Source: Octopus sinensis (lineage: Eukaryota). Taken from it: DNA of 64,000 nt. The translations under genes were made by a program, and so were the position numbers. Below are positions 1 through 13,169 of the stretch, one piece after another. Below the pieces are notes generated by a model. That model made no database searches. It was not told the origin of the DNA and worked only from the letters and a program-made list of their open reading frames with translations. Numbering within the stretch: position 1 is the stretch's first letter; each line of letters opens with the position of its first letter. The stretch is from NCBI RefSeq assembly GCF_006345805.1, contig NC_043007.1, positions 29,636,001 through 29,700,000 of the forward strand, given 5' to 3'.

Positions 1-228
1 ATATACATATATATATAATATTATCCACAGTGTAACACATTATATAAAAGTCTATCCATTTAACACAATTATCTATAATTCTATATTAATCTTTCGTTTA
101 TGTTTCCTTCAGACGTCTCCGGCGTGTTTGCTCAGTTGTTACACATTAGTATTTTGGGGCGAAACTTTGTAAACAACCGTCTGTGTGTGTGTTTATGTGG
201 TGGCGTGTGTAAGTACGGGTATGATATT

Positions 229-230
<2 letters not shown>

Positions 231-307
<77 letters not shown>

Positions 308-320
308 GTATATATGTGTA
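231..320. repeat. (CA)n-(TA)n compound microsatellite
   Basis: Directly visible dinucleotide run. Confidence 0.95.
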
Positions 321-605
321 TATTCAGAAAATAAACAAATATATTTCGGTGGAGACACTAATGAAATTAATACCTAAACGGTTATATAAACATCGTTGAA
401 TCCCGTAAGAATTAATTAATTAGTGCTTCTCCAATTAAGATAAATAATGTTTTTATTCGCGAGAAATTTAAATCGACAACTGTGTATATAAGGATTTTGG
501 TACACATCAATATTACTTGATATTTCAAAGGTTTTTTTTCGCATCTTCCCGTCTTAATTGCTCTGTATTGTAAACAATGTATAAATACATTAGCATACAA
601 TTTAC

Positions 606-734
606 CCACCACAAACAAACTAAAAACTAATGAACTGGGGACAGAAATATTATTTGGTACATCCCCACCATCCAGGGACACGTTATACACTGTATCACCA
701 AAGAATTGTTTTTTTCTGAAGCGCCAAAGACTTC
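606..734 (-). CDS. Candidate 129-nt symmetric (phase 1-1) internal exon, product unknown
   Basis: Minus strand: acceptor attatgttgtcttcag|G, donor GTGG|gtaaat, open frame SLWRFRKKQFFGDTVYNVSLDGGDVPNNISVPSSLVFSLFVV. No homology recognised. Confidence 0.3.
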
Positions 735-1590
735 CTGAAGACAACATAATAATGAGTCAGCAACCGCAATATTTAATCGAATTATTTCACAATCATTTCT
801 CAAAGAAAAAAGTTATATCTTACCCTAACCAGGATATCCGCAATAACAACTCAGGAGAAGACAACTGTTGTTGATGAAACATTGAGTCATGCTCTTGAAT
901 AAGCTGTGCATGAGTAATTGCATCATAGATCGAACTATTACAAGGGAAATTATGACAATACTCTGCTGTACGCAGTGTTGTCGTAATGCCATGCGTAGCA
1001 ACAAAAAGCTAATTTAAGAGTTGCTTATACGAGCATATAAACTCTTTCAAGTCTTGCCATAAAGCAAACGCTACGTTTCTTGCTACACGCTAAGAGAAAG
1101 AATAAATAAGATGCATTGTTTATCGTGGCCATTATACTGTCTGCTTTGGTCATTGATTGACCTGTCTTGTTTTGAGAAGGTCTATCTCAATAGACCTTCT
1201 TACTGGTTAAAAAGAGATAAACGACCCTCAGTTAAACATCCTGTAATGCTATATTGCCTGAAGAAATGAACACATGAATGTGATAAACCCGATGCCCATG
1301 GATACTACGGACTACACTGTAATCATCTCAGGAACACGGACTGTGATCATGAGAGACATGAAACTTGTGGAAACGCGCTTAGCGATGCATTAAAATATTT
1401 ATAAATTCCCCCCAAGGATTATTGATATTATTACTATATTTATCCTACATTATATCGCTCCAACTCGGCGAAACCCCACAAAACTGGTTCACCGGTCATC
1501 ATCATTAGAGTGTTGCCGGCATAATGGAATAGCAGCTTTATTTGTATATTCTAACCGTTTGCCGTAAACAAATTTAAAACATATATATAT

Positions 1591-1596
1591 GTATAC

Positions 1597-1672
<76 letters not shown>
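1591..1672. repeat. (CA)n-(TA)n microsatellite
   Basis: Directly visible. Confidence 0.95.
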
Positions 1673-1673
<1 letters not shown>

Positions 1674-2313
1674 CTGGCCAAAATAAGTTTAAGACTGATG
1701 ACGAGAGTTCTATTCCTTCATTAATTTATTTCTAACAAAACTATATGTAATTATCTTTTTACTTTTTACAATTTATGTAGAATTTTTTTCTCTTTCGAAT
1801 GATATAGGTGTTATATATATAGTCCAACAATTTGAATAATTTCAGTGCGCAATTAATTGAAATGATTGAAAATTGTTGGCAAAATGATTGTAAGACCGTT
1901 CCAACATTATTTTGTTCAAACTGAAAATTTACGGCACAAATAATCAACGAACTAAAATTTATTATTAGTAACTCGTTCCACAGCCATCAATTACGGCCTT
2001 ACACCGTAAGGGGTTGATGAACTAAGTAGCAGTTGAATACTGGGACCGATCGACTATCTCTCGCCCACCAAATTTCAGACATAAAGAGCTGAAATTTTTA
2101 TGTTGTAGCTGAGACATAGAGCTTTCCAAAAAGGTGCAGCAGCCAAGATCAGATGACGATCAAAGTGTACGCAAACAATTAAATGAACAAATTAGTTTTT
2201 CAGTCAACATGCACTTTATTTACTGAACAAAAAGTATAAAACAAATCAAAAAGGTATAGTATAGCATAGGTATCATGCCAATATCAGATGATGATCAATG
2301 TGTACTGCTCTGG

Positions 2314-3495
2314 CTAGGCTTTCTCCATTACCTTGATGTAATGCTGGTTGCCCTTCATAAGTATTTGCCTCTCAGAGTTACCATCTGACAGGGAGGCTCT
2401 CTTGGCCCTCAAAATATCCTTGCCTATCGAGAATAGGCGCTCAACTGCAGTACTTGATGGGATGGCAGTGTAATACTTGGTGAAGAGGTCAATCAAGACC
2501 TGTCCACCCAAAAAGGTGACTTCGGTCAGGACCTTCTTTGAGATGACCTCCAGCCAAACCTTCACCAAGTTCTATGCCTTGGATTTCAGTGACCTGTGGC
2601 TCCTGCTCACCTGGACCCGAGTTATGTTGCTGAAGAAATCCTCTTCTTCGTCCTCATTGCTGGTGATGTTGCTGCCCTCCTCATTGGCCTCCGTTATGGC
2701 TGTCTCTACGACCATCTCCATGGTGTTCGTTACTCTGCTAACCTGGCTCTTATTAAACAGCTCCAGCCAGAACCGGTGAAACCTGGGGTGGAAGGCAGCA
2801 GCCAGATGGCACTCCAGGTCTTCTGGGAGAAGCCCAAACCTTTTCGTGCTGCCTGCTCGTATCACATCTACCAGGGGACCGCAGTAGAAGAGATGTCTGA
2901 ACTTGGTCTCCTTCAACTTCATGACTGTAGCTGCCACAGTTGGCAGAAGGCTCCTGAGAAAGGCCTGGTCCTCCCGCTGGATTTTATCCAAGGCTTTGGC
3001 AACATTAGACATTCCCTGGGCGTTCTCCGTCAGGAAGCCGACATCAGAATCAGTTAAGGTCTGCAGCTTCAACTGTGTCATCACCCTGTGAATAGTTTGC
3101 CTATTCTTCTCTAGCAGGTTGTTGAGGACAACAACAGTGTCGTAGGCAGAGTTCCATCTGGTACTGTTGGGCACCACCAGCCTCCTCTTCAACGCATCCA
3201 GAATGCTGTCTGCCGCCACCATGCTGCGGCTCTTCAGATTCCACACCTGCTGTGCCTTCGACATGGCATTCCTAAACGAAGTGCTGTCAAGAGCCTTGTT
3301 GGCATCCACGCTAGCTACCAAGCTGAAGGTCTGGGCTGCGCATTCACGTGCGCTGGCAAGTTGAGGCCCAGACCGCTGGACTCGTCAAGGATGGCATCAA
3401 CAGAGATGTACTCAACTTCGCCCACATCCCCAGCCTCGGGATCCACGTCCAGGTCCACATGCTCGACGCCCTCCACGTCCGAATCTATAGCTGAA
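2314..3495 (-). pseudogene. hAT-superfamily transposase, C-terminal part, inactivated
   Basis: Motifs LPxH.CAAQTFSLVA (frameshifted near 3345), VPNSTRWNSAYD, AAAFHPRF and the hATC dimerisation motif YYTAIPSSTAVERLFS. In-frame TAG at 2572-2574 joins ORFs 2572..3321 and 2314..2568. Confidence 0.9.
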
Positions 3496-4454
3496 AGTTC
3501 TTACCTAAAGACATAGTTTACCAATTAACAATTAACAACATCAAGATCACTTCTTATGTAAATATTGCTGTGACCCTACAACCCATTCAAATTTGAATAT
3601 ATTTCCTGCTTCGATGTCTTTCGGAACTCTTAAAAAAGTATTCAAATTTCGCTGGTCAGTCACAACTGAGAATTGAATAGTAAATCCGAACCTTAAAACC
3701 CAAAGTTAGATTTTGTTCTGAGAATAAGGAACCGTATAACACTTGCACCAGGAAACGTTTAAAGATGCAATTTGCCAAAGACTTAATATTCAAGAGACTT
3801 TCTCCGCAGAATCCTTAAGGCTGACATTTTCAACTCAATAAATGTTCCTCCCCAACACCAGCGCCGCTCTGCCTACATTTTTACACCATTTTATCTCCAC
3901 TGGCAGCACTATTTTTAGCTTTACTTTTCGCTAATCTAGTTTAATTCAATTAAAGATTCTCTTTTATGATAATCATGACTTGTTCATGATTTGTTCCATC
4001 TAAACTCTCTGCATCCACTTTCATTCCTCCATTTTTACATCTACACTCATACCATAATTAAATAATTCATTAAATTATTTATTATTTTGCTTCCATTAAT
4101 AGATTCAGTTTTTTATCTTTACCTCCTCTTCGCCTATTTAAAATATTAATTTTACTTTGATGTCGATATTTCTTACTTTTATCAATTTATTTACAAAGTT
4201 TACAAGTTCTTACTTCCAATTACAACCTGACCACACAGAAAATATTTAATATCGATTAAAAGAACTTCGATTACAGATCAATCTCCTTAAACCTGACAAC
4301 GTTGCGTGATTTAAAAGTCCAGTTAAAAGTCATGGACCCTGTTTTCTGATTTATGTATAAACATCCTTCACAACTCAACTGCAAGAAATGTACTTTAATT
4401 CTTCAGAAGTTCGGCTCAGCAAGATATACCGTTTCCTTTACAGGCACAATTCCA

Positions 4455-4650
4455 CATACACACGCACGCATACACACACGCGCGCTCGCACGCACACACA
4501 CACAAGCACGTACACACATACATATAAATTACATTTCTTGGTTTGTTCAAAGATTCACTTCGTTGCTATATGTATGTATGTGTGTGAGTGTGTGTAGGTG
4601 TGTGTGTTGGTATGTGTGTGTTGGTGTGCTTGTGTGTGTGTGTGTATCTT
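4455..4650. repeat. Mixed (CA)n/(TG)n microsatellite
   Basis: Directly visible. Confidence 0.9.
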
Positions 4651-4669
4651 TCCATATGAAAACCAGCCT

Positions 4670-5220
4670 TGTCAACTTTGGAATACTCGACTAAATTCTT
4701 TGAAGCTCGTAACAAACACTGCAGTCCAGTCGTTTGCGTGTCAGGAAGTCTTTCCCCCGTCAGGTGCTAAGTTACTTGAAGCCATTCACCTCGTTTAGTT
4801 GTGCGCCATCTTTGGAACAAACTGATAACTGTGGCTTCCACCCTCATTTATGGTCATCGATTCAGTGTTGTTTGCATTGGGAAAGAGACCGACCTTGGAT
4901 GTAAAATTCTCAACGGATGTTAACAAGCCTTCTCCTTCGTACAGTTGATGACTTATGAGGACAAGGTCATCATTATAGTCAAAATCAAAGAGATTACAGA
5001 CTCTTCCGATGTCTTGATTGCTTTTATTGGATGGTTAAGCCTTTGTTTTGGATGAAGTGAAGACGTCGTCTAATGATCTCTACTGCAATCCCAAAGAGAA
5101 ATCAGAATTGGAGAGAATCCTTAAAGGATTCCTGCTTTTGGCGGAAACTCTTTAGTTGAATCACTCTTTTTTTTATTGATGATGACGGTTTTGACATTCT
5201 CAACCAGAATTCCATAATTC
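4670..5220 (-). mobile_element. Degenerate RTE-like LINE reverse transcriptase fragment
   Basis: Manual minus-strand translation: GDSLS...FDFDYNDDLVLISHQLYEGEGLLTSVENFTSKVGLFPNANNTESM (YADD region), followed by an FKYLG-like segment. Contains stops and frameshifts. Confidence 0.7.
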
Positions 5221-5431
5221 AAAAAGATATGTCACATGGGCCTTCTGTAAATGTTTTCAAAAGTATTGTAGAAATCAACTTCTCGTCCTCCCACATTACC
5301 TACACCAAGCTCTCCATCACCCCACTCCCAATTCCACCGTCTGCGCAAGCTCTGTAGTGACAACCATGACTTTGAGACTCAGTCTCAACTCATAGTGTAA
5401 AATTAACAGCAGACCTTGAAGCAATCCAGCG

Positions 5432-5945
5432 ATGCTTCGCAAAGAAGATCGTCTCATAGCAAGAGCTCAACTACTGGAAAACGCTGAAAAAGCCAAGACT
5501 TTACTCCTTGGAGCGAAGGCGGGAGAGATATACAGATCTGGAAATCCTGGAAAGGATTTTTCACCAAATTTTGGCTTTGAAAGCTGCACAAATGCCAGAA
5601 CGGGTCACCACTGCACAGTGCCAAAGATCCCAGCAATGCCATCTCGCCAGGACCAGTTACTGCAACAATCTGGGTTTCAGGGGCCCACAGCTTTTTAATA
5701 TTCTCCAAAAGAGCCCGAGGGACCTACACAAAGTGGATGTAGGTGTTTTCAAATCAAAACTGGATCTCTTCTAGTCGAGAGGCCCAGATGAACCTACCCC
5801 ACGGCAAGAGGTGCAAATGAGGGTAGCGACATCAAACTCCATTCTTCACCAAATGCCACATACTAGAAGAGGCTCTCAATAATAACAGTGTAGCAAAACG
5901 GCGATGCCCCGGCATGGCGGCAGCTTTGAGCTGAAACTAAAAGTA
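5432..5945 (+). mobile_element. CR1/L2-group LINE 3' end (post-RT C-terminus plus 3' UTR)
   Basis: ERRRERYTDLEILERI..RTSYCNNLGFRGPQLFNIL..DVGVFKSKLDLF matches CR1/L2 ORF2 C-termini. Ends in a short 3' tail. Confidence 0.85.
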
Positions 5946-6039
5946 ATAATAAAATAATATATATACATACATACATACATACATACATACATACATACAT
6001 GCATATACAAACATGTATATAAATACATAGTGAAAGTAA

Positions 6040-6320
6040 ATGAAATTGAAACCATATAATAGTGAAAATATTTTATCACATTATTAATAGAGTTGTTAAT
6101 GTTTCGCTTTTGACACGTAATAGCGAAACAGTGTAAAATATGAGACACTGCTCCGGGCTCGCATTAGGCAAGGAGTTGAAAGTTTCTTTGGCACAGGACA
6201 CTCCATGGTTCCCAAGTAAGGCATGTGTAAAATTTGAATGAAATCGGTTGGGTAGTTCTCGAGTTTTAGTGATGCACACATACACACAGACAGGCACACA
6301 TTCTCAATTATATATATATA
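6040..6320 (-). mobile_element. Non-autonomous Helitron-like (Lep1/HINE-type) element fragment
   Basis: Typical aaaatttgaatgaaatcggtt..gttctcgag..(CA)/cagaca..tatatata block and an internal GTTTCGCT/AGCGAAAC hairpin. Confidence 0.55.
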
Positions 6321-6329
6321 TACGCACAC

Positions 6330-6379
6330 ATACAGAGAGTGATATATATATAATACATATATACATACATACATTCATA

Positions 6380-6452
<73 letters not shown>

Positions 6453-6460
6453 GGAGAGAG
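6330..6460. repeat. (TA)n/(AG)n microsatellite
   Basis: Directly visible. Confidence 0.95.
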
Positions 6461-6908
6461 ATGTACGGCAGAAATCACACATCTAGAGTGAACTAGAGAA
6501 CTTCAATTAATTGAGATTAACCTTGCAATAAAAATGTAAAAACTCCCTCTCGGAGTGTTTAAATTCTAAACCCAGTATTAAGATGAAATTAGTGACATTT
6601 ATTCATAATATCTAGCATAGAGCTGAGGGCAAGCCTCATCAGGATTATTTCTAAAACCCAAGGGAATGGAATATTTCTCAATGTGCTGCCACCTGTTGGC
6701 TTTTAAGACGACGTCCACTTCTCACTCCATTGTGATAGTGTTGGAGTCATCTTTGTCATTTTAAAATGAGATTTGTTTTCTATTTGCAAGGATAATCTAA
6801 GTTAATCAGAGTTATTAAATTCACTCAATTAAACGTGTGAGACTCTCTATATATTCATATAGTGTACAGGGTATCCCGCTGAGGGACTTCCCCTCAGCTC
6901 GTCGTTGC

Positions 6909-7715
6909 ATGTATGTATGTATGTATGTATGTATGTATGTATGTATGTATGTATGTATGTATGTATGTACGTAGGTATGTATGTATGTATGTATGTATGT
7001 ATAGACAAATCTGTTTATCACTCAGGTTTATATATCCATCCTATATACATGCATATATACATGCACAGATAAATGCATACGTACATACATACGTACGTAC
7101 GTACATATATATATACATACATACATGCATACATACATACATACATACATACATACATGCATACATACATACATACATACATACATACATAAATACATAC
7201 ATACATGCATACATACATACATACATACATACATAAATACATACATACATACATGCATACATACATACATACACACATACATACATACATACATGCATAC
7301 ATACATACATACATACATGCATGCATACATACATACATACATGCATGCATGCATACATACATACATACATACATACATACATAAATACATACATACATAC
7401 ATACATACATACATACATGCATGCATACATACATACATACATACATACATACATACATAAATACATACATACATACATTCATACATACATAATACATACA
7501 TACATACATACATACATACATACATGCATGCATACATACATACATACATACATACATACATACATACATACATACATACATACATAAATACATACATACA
7601 TACATTCATACATACATAATACATACATACATACATACATACATACATACATACATACATACATACATACATACATACGTATATAATTGCACACACACAC
7701 ATATGCATATACATA
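6909..7715. repeat. (TATG)n then long (TACA)n tetranucleotide array
   Basis: Directly visible. Source of the MYVC/HTYI ORFs. Confidence 0.95.
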
Positions 7716-8084
7716 CAACAATACAATCGCTATATGAAACCACTCCACTTGATGTCCATTGATAAAGCGATATCAACTGTTCCTGCCAATCCATCTGCAG
7801 TGATTTCCTCCAAAGTGGCTTCCTTGTGTTTACCATTCTATATATGGAATTTAGCTCGTAATAACCTTGGTAACCATACACCATTGAAATGTTTGCAACA
7901 TCAATGTCGCCGCCATGTCGCACACCCATCGCCATACCTACGTCGTGACACTTTTCTTTATATTTTAGAAGATGGCTCTGCGTCTCTGTGAGTGTGTGTG
8001 AGTATATGTGAGTGCGCGCACGCGCGTGTAATTAGAAATATATATATGGTTTTCCAGGTAATATCTTTTTCGCCATTGTGTACA

Positions 8085-8111
8085 AATATACATACATACA
8101 TACATACATAT

Positions 8112-8167
<56 letters not shown>

Positions 8168-8174
8168 TATATAC

Positions 8175-8206
<32 letters not shown>

Positions 8207-8208
8207 TA

Positions 8209-8276
<68 letters not shown>

Positions 8277-8489
8277 TATATGCATATATATATATATACA
8301 CAATATATAAACACACAAATATATAATATATACAAACACTCACACATGCACACACATATATATATATACACATACATACAATCTTACTTACATAAATATA
8401 TACATGCATTCACATATATATGTATGTATGTCTTCAGTTTTATTTCAAGATTTGTTGCCAATAGAGAATGGACTGGTTTCTTATGTATG

Positions 8490-8521
<32 letters not shown>

Positions 8522-8576
8522 TGTATGTATGTATGTATGTATGTATGTATGTATGTATGTATGTATGTATGTATGC

Positions 8577-8609
<33 letters not shown>

Positions 8610-8765
8610 TGTATGTATGTATGTATGTATGTATGTATGTATGTATGTATGCATGTGTGTATGTATGTATGTATGTATGTATGTATGTATGTATGTATGT
8701 ATGTATGTATGCATATATGTATGTATGTCTGTATGTATGTGCAGATTTGTATATTTTATGTATGT
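8085..8765. repeat. (TACA)n/(TA)n/(TATG)n compound microsatellite
   Basis: Directly visible. Confidence 0.95.
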
Positions 8766-8769
8766 ATTC

Positions 8770-9420
8770 TCATGCATATAGTTTTATATCTAGACATGCT
8801 CATATATATTTAAATGATAAACTTCTGGAAAGTTTTACAGATTTTTACTTTTCCGGTGATGGAATGGATCTGTAATGTTCGAATTAGCTTTCTTCTTTCT
8901 GGTTTTGAGAAGCCTAATTTCTCAAGATTGGTATTTAGGCAGTATGGTACACACCCCAGTGCCCCAATAATTACTGGTATAAACCTGAACTTGTAATCTG
9001 GATAGAATAACTGCAGATTTCTCAATAGTTCCCCATAGGTGTTCTCTTTTTCCCTGATCTTCAGCTCTGTGTTATTTTCCACTGGGCAGCGAATTTCCAC
9101 AACTGTGCACAGTTTTTTCTTCTCTATACCAAATCATTATATCAGGTCTGTTGTGCTTACTTACATTTTGAGGTCTTCCCTGGGACATTCCACCAGTATT
9201 CTTTTCTATTATGAGTGGCTATGCCTTCTACCATATTGTGGATTTTTATTTCTTTGTCCTCGGGATTATCCTCCCGACTTATAGAGTGTCCTAGCTGCAA
9301 CATCGTTGTCTCATCGGTAGATGCGATATGTTTTCTATTGAGGGCTTGAGATAAAGGTTCACAATATGTGGTTTAGAGTTTATATTAATACTTGTGATAT
9401 TCGTCGGTACTAAAAGTAAT
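8770..9420 (-). mobile_element. RLE-type (R4/Dong/NeSL-like) non-LTR retrotransposon 3' fragment, family D
   Basis: HNRPDIMIWYREKKLCTVVEIRCP (PD..E endonuclease motif) continuing into ORF 8810..9100 with IPVIIGALG. The 3' end runs into (CATA)n. Confidence 0.8.
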
Positions 9421-9429
9421 AAAATCCCT

Positions 9430-9776
9430 GGTATTAATCAAGATACTTTATTATTTTCCGTTACTTTTTGTTTATCGAGTTGCTGAAACCCTGCGGGAAG
9501 TAGGGAGGGGGTTATGGTCAGTCCCACAATCTAATTGGTCATCTCTTGTTTCGAAAGGCCATAACTTTTTTATGGTTGGTCAATGGATAACCGATAACAT
9601 AAACAACAAAGTAAGCAAAAATATATAAATGTATAAAACTAAAAACAAGTAATCCAAGGTTAACTATTAGTAGGTAGGAGAGTAAAGAAATTAATATAAG
9701 AACTTGACACTATTATATAATATTAAATTAAGTTAAATTATGCTAAATTAAGAAATATATATATATTATATATATA

Positions 9777-9809
<33 letters not shown>

Positions 9810-10200
9810 AATGCAAAATTTAAGTTAGTTAAAATATGTTTGCGATATTTCAACTGCTAAAAGGCAAATTCACATCAGTTACTGCGAAGGAAATATCTCT
9901 CTTATGGTAAAAATATGTAAAGACACCAAGTTTGCTCAGTGTCGCCATCTATCAGGAATCCCAGACATCAATGTTATGCACCTAAGAGAGGCAACTCTGA
10001 ACAAACTTATAATGCAATAGTTTGATGCAACGTTGACTCATTTGCGTTGGTACATCGCCCGATCGAGGAAAATAACGAACAGGAACGTGAAACTCTGAAT
10101 GCTCTGTGATAATTTTCCAGCTTTAATAAAAAAAAGTATATTACTCTACTTTGGTATTAGAGCAATATTTTTTCCACCTTGTTTGTATTTATGTGCTCAC

Positions 10201-10261
<61 letters not shown>

Positions 10262-10345
10262 CAAAATAAGCAACAAGGATATTCAAAGGTAGTGTAGTAC
10301 AATCGTTTCATGCTACTTCATTTAATTAAACAATGTAAATATTAC
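9430..10345. mobile_element. Probable Penelope-like element remnants interleaved with (TA)n
   Basis: Partial GAAAC stem motifs on the minus strand (near 9550 and 10300) and TA-rich architecture like the hammerhead-bearing pieces elsewhere. No ORF recognised. Confidence 0.35.
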
Positions 10346-10354
10346 ATCAGTTTT

Positions 10355-12290
10355 AAAGCGAAGAGCTGAAGAGGCCTGGGCCATAGAGAAGATCAAACTC
10401 AATCCCAAAGTGTTCTTTTCATTTGCAAAGAAACACAGAGTCACTGGTTCTACTGTTGGCCCTCTGATTGATGAAAATGGTACTCTTCAAGACAATGCCA
10501 AAACCATGGGAGAGATATTACAGAAACAATATTGCTCTGTTTTCAGCAATCCTGATATGACTGATCTGGGCTGTATCAGTGATGTTACTCCTCAATACAC
10601 TTTATCGGACATAACCTTTGGCGCTCCTGATGTCTTAGCAGCAATAAAGGAAATGAAGCATAATTCAGCAGTAGGTCCCGATAGGTTCCCTGCTTGTGTC
10701 CTGAAGATGTGTCAAAACCAACTTGCACCCCCTCTAGCCAATCTGTGGCGGAACTCACTGGATGCTGGATATATACCAGAAGACCTTCTATTCCAGACTG
10801 TTGTCCCAGTTTTCAAAAAAGGAAACAAATTGCTTGCCGTGAATTACCGTCCAATCTCACTCACCTCTCATATCATTAAGGTATTTGAGAGAGTGCTGAG
10901 ATCGCGTATGACTCACTTCCTTGAGAGTCATAATATGCTGAACTCCAACCAGCATGGATTCCGTAATGGGAGAGATTGCCTGACGCAGCTACTGCATCAT
11001 TTTGATGACATTTTGAGAGCCTTGGGAGAGGGTTCCAACACTGATGTCATCTACTTTGATTTCAGCAAGGCCTTTGACAGGGTTGATCATAAGATCCTTC
11101 TGAGAAAGCTGTCCAATATTGGTGTCACTGGAAAGCTGCTGCAGTGGATCAAGTGCTTCCTGTCTAACAGAACCCAACATGTTGTAGTCGAAGGAGTCAA
11201 ATCCAGCCAAAGTCAGCAGTGGTGTCCCACAAGGCACTGTGTTGGGCCCACTCCTCTTCATCATCTACATAAATGATATTACTGACACCATCAAACACAG
11301 TAACATCAGAACCTTCGTTGATGATTCCAAGCTCCAGAAGGTCATCAATGGCGTGGATGACCGAATAAGCCTTCAGTCAGACCTACTGGCTGTTGTCCAA
11401 TGGGCGGAAAAGAATAACATGTTGCTAAACGAAGACAAATTCGAACTGATCCACTTTGGAAGGGAGGACGCTCTGAAACTCCCATACTCCCTTCCTTCTG
11501 GAGAAATTCTCATGGCATCCAACAACATCAGAGACCTGGGAGTAACAGTGGACAACAACATAAGCTGGGCTACACATATAAGCAGCAAAGTTGACATGGC
11601 CCGCAGAATGTGTTCCTGGATTCTCAGAACCTTCCAGTCGAGAGATTCCCACGCTATTATCCTTATCTTCTCCACTTTTGCCCGACCCCACCTTGAATAC
11701 TGCTGTCCACTGTGGTCTCCCTCCAAAAAACAAAATATTATGAGAATTGAAGCTCCCCAAAGGTCAATTACAAAAACGATAGATGGCATGTCAGACCTTG
11801 ACTACTGGGGTAGACTAGAGAAGCTGAAACTGTATTCACTCCAACGACGCCGTGAACGCTACATTATCTGTATGATGTGGAAAATATTCCATCAGCACTG
11901 TCCGAATGATGTTGGCATCACCTTCAAAATGCATCCAAGGCTTGGACCACGTGCCATCCGTCCACAACAAAAATCTAAATCGCATCACATAACGACAATA
12001 CGGCACAACTATTTCACCTCAATTGGACCCGCTCTCTTCAACATTACACCAGGACACATCAAAAAAGAAACTGACCACACAAAATTCAAGAAGTCTTTGG
12101 ACAAATTCCTTCAAACAGTCCCGGACAAACCACCCACACCCGGATATGTCTCCGCAAACAATAACTCTCTGCTCGAATGGGCCTTGGTGCCCAAATCCTG
12201 AATTGAAAGACTTCGCCAGGTGGTGCTATTAAGTTAGACATGGCCTGGGCCAATACTGGCCAAAACCTTTCTAAGTTATTCTAAGTTAAG
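10355..12290 (+). mobile_element. 5'-truncated CR1/L2-group LINE, near-intact RT region (ORFs 10410..11276 and 11239..12201)
   Basis: RT motifs NYRPISLTSHIIKVFE, NQHGFR..RDCLTQL, YFDFSKAFDRVDH, GVPQGTVLGPLLF (one frameshift near 11210), FVDD, RPHLEYCCPLWSP, LYSLQRRRER. Short ctaagtt tail. Confidence 0.95.
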
Positions 12291-12334
12291 TAGAGCACTC
12301 TTCAGGAAAAGGAGTGAGTAACAAGGTAGTAGCA

Positions 12335-12404
12335 AGAAGAAGAAGAAGAAGAAGAAGAAGAAGAAGAAGAAGAAGAAGAAGAAGAAGAAGAAGAAGAAGA
12401 AGAA
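12335..12404. repeat. (GAA)n microsatellite
   Basis: Directly visible. Confidence 0.95.
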
Positions 12405-13106
12405 ATGAATTGTTTTGATAGGAGAGAATGAAGGAGGGTAGGTGGGTATCCCAATGGTTAAGGAATGCTGTGGAAAAACTGAAAAGGAATATAGCTGCAG
12501 ATAAGCAGTTGATTGATGTTTAAAACCTGTGACATTTCAGAGTCGAAATAAACGGATAATAATACAAGAATGAATCGTTGATATGACAATTAACAGGAAA
12601 CGAAAATGAAGAGCAGCGGTTGGGAGTTAAAAGAATGGTCAAAAAGGAGTTGGTGGCAATTGGGGTAATAGTGAAGCTAAATAAAAATTTAGAAACAAAC
12701 GGACAAAACGAAGATATATAGAGAAGAATATGGGAAAAGATATTGAAAGAAAATAGGGAAAATAGTGTAAACGACTGCGCCTAGTAGTTTTCTTTTCTCG
12801 TATTTTATCGAGCATCTTCAGATTGATGAAGACCAGACGACACAAGGAAATCTATATCGCTCTCCAGCCAAACCATTCCGTTCCTCAATTATTACGGTGA
12901 AAAATAGGGTTTACTTAACCTGGACATGGTTCCTTTCTGAGTGTAATTTCTCGTTTAGGGAGAATCACAGAATAGAGACTGATTTGGAAGTCTTAGGAAA
13001 ATAGGGCGAAGCTAGATGTGTACAACACCCCCACCTCACACACACGCACAAACATACACACACTCACATATGTGTGTGTATAAGTATATACATACATACA
13101 CACACG

Positions 13107-13167
<61 letters not shown>

Positions 13168-13169
<2 letters not shown>

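Noticed and set aside
7730-7960. Unique-looking segment with open frames between microsatellites
   Set aside because: Several frames look equally plausible, splice signals are weak and I recognise no motif.
6821-8875. Many [12 protein letters not shown] ORFs
   Set aside because: Tetranucleotide and dinucleotide microsatellite translations. The same applies to similar ORFs throughout the window.
9500-9590. CCATAA/TTATGG stem followed by GAAAC on the minus strand
   Set aside because: There is no CUGANGA-like core in register, so it is too degenerate to call a hammerhead.
11200-11276. Programmed frameshift between the two LINE ORFs
   Set aside because: The break falls inside the conserved RT GVPQG region with no slippery site. 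It is a simple indel from mutation or consensus error.
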